Positions 63,414 through 64,000 of a stretch of DNA of 64,000 nucleotides are shown here, one piece after another. The position numbers and the translations under genes are program-made. Position 1 is the stretch's first letter. The number at the start of each line of letters is the position of its first letter. The DNA is from an uncultured Actinomycetes bacterium. GTDB lineage: Bacteria > Actinomycetota > UBA4738 > HRBIN12. The notes under the pieces are model-generated. The model ran no database searches, was not told the origin of the DNA, and was given only the letters and a program-made list of their open reading frames with translations. The DNA lies in the NCBI GenBank assembly GCA_963792215.1, contig CAWBVL010000007.1:855710-919709 (forward strand), in the 5' to 3' direction.

Positions 63414-64000
63414 ATGGACCCCGATACCCAAGCGGCGGCGGTGATCCTCGCTGCCGGCGCGGGCAGGCGGCTCGGCGGTGAGATCCCAAAGGCGTTCCTG
63501 AGCATCGGTGACCGGCCGATCCTGGCGGTCGCCGCGGCGGCGGCCGCGGCCTCGCCGGCGATCGCGGCGATCGTGGTGACGGCACCGCCCGGATACGCCG
63601 ACGCGGCCCAGGCCTGTCTGGAGGGGCTCCCGGTCCCGGCCACGGTCGTGGACGGCGGCGCGACCCGGCAGGCGTCAGTCCGCGCGGCGCTGGCGGTCCT
63701 CGAAGGACCGCAGATCGTGGCGGTGCATGACGCCGCCCGGCCCTTCGCGCCGCCGGATCTGTTCACCGAGGTCGTCCGCGCCGTTGCCGGCGGCGCCGAC
63801 GGTGCGATCCCGGTCGTGGCGGCCTCCGACACGGTGAAGCGGCTCGACGGCTTGCGTGTTGTGGACACGATCCCGCGCGACGACCTCGGGCTCGCGCAGA
63901 CGCCGCAGGCGTTCCGCGTGGCGGCGTTGCGTGCCGCACACGATGAGGCGACGAAGGCAGGGTATGACGTGACGGACGACGCGATGCTGTTGGAGCAACT
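63414..64000 (+). CDS. ispD: 2-C-methyl-D-erythritol 4-phosphate cytidylyltransferase, 3'-truncated by window edge
   Basis: 'AAVILAAGAGRRLGGEIPKAFL', 'VHDAARPF', 'TVKRL…QTPQAF'. No stop codon before the window end. Confidence 0.8.
   Translation, partial: MDPDTQAAAVILAAGAGRRLGGEIPKAFLSIGDRPILAVAAAAAAASPAIAAIVVTAPPGYADAAQACLEGLPVPATVVDGGATRQASVRAALAVLEGPQIVAVHDAARPFAPPDLFTEVVRAVAGGADGAIPVVAASDTVKRLDGLRVVDTIPRDDLGLAQTPQAFRVAALRAAHDEATKAGYDVTDDAMLLEQ

Noticed and set aside
1-64000. CRISPR arrays, transposases, phage genes
   Set aside because: No regularly spaced short repeats and no integrase/transposase/terminase-like ORFs were recognised in any frame.

Overview
This 64-kb window is high-GC (~70%+) Actinobacteria-type chromosomal DNA. 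A conserved housekeeping backbone (topA–tmk–holB; tilS–hpt–folE–folP–folB–folK–panC–coaX–lysS–clpC1; radA–carD–ispD, Mycobacterium-like order) is interrupted by two dense signalling islands. Island 1 (1–12.6 kb) has three consecutive KdpD-like/KdpE-like two-component pairs interleaved with two KimA-like (APC-superfamily) K+ transporters and a tandem trkA pair; no kdpFABC is present. Island 2 (21.8–36.2 kb) holds five paralogous multi-TM HisKA_3 sensor kinases (four in a translationally coupled tandem array), a NarL-type response regulator, a REC–LuxR-HTH–class III nucleotidyl-cyclase fusion regulator, a stand-alone receiver, a universal stress protein and a USP–UbiB kinase fusion. Other items: an MFS–thymidylate-kinase fusion, an orphan NadC-N-terminal-like ORF where panD is expected, an alpha/beta hydrolase inside the folate operon, a cNMP-binding protein plus a REC-only gene upstream of clpC1, a bacterial RIO-type kinase, an ECF sigma/anti-sigma pair and tRNA-Thr(CGU). 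No CRISPR array, transposase or integrase was seen. Many long ORFs in the six-frame track are antisense or out-of-frame high-GC artefacts and were not called.
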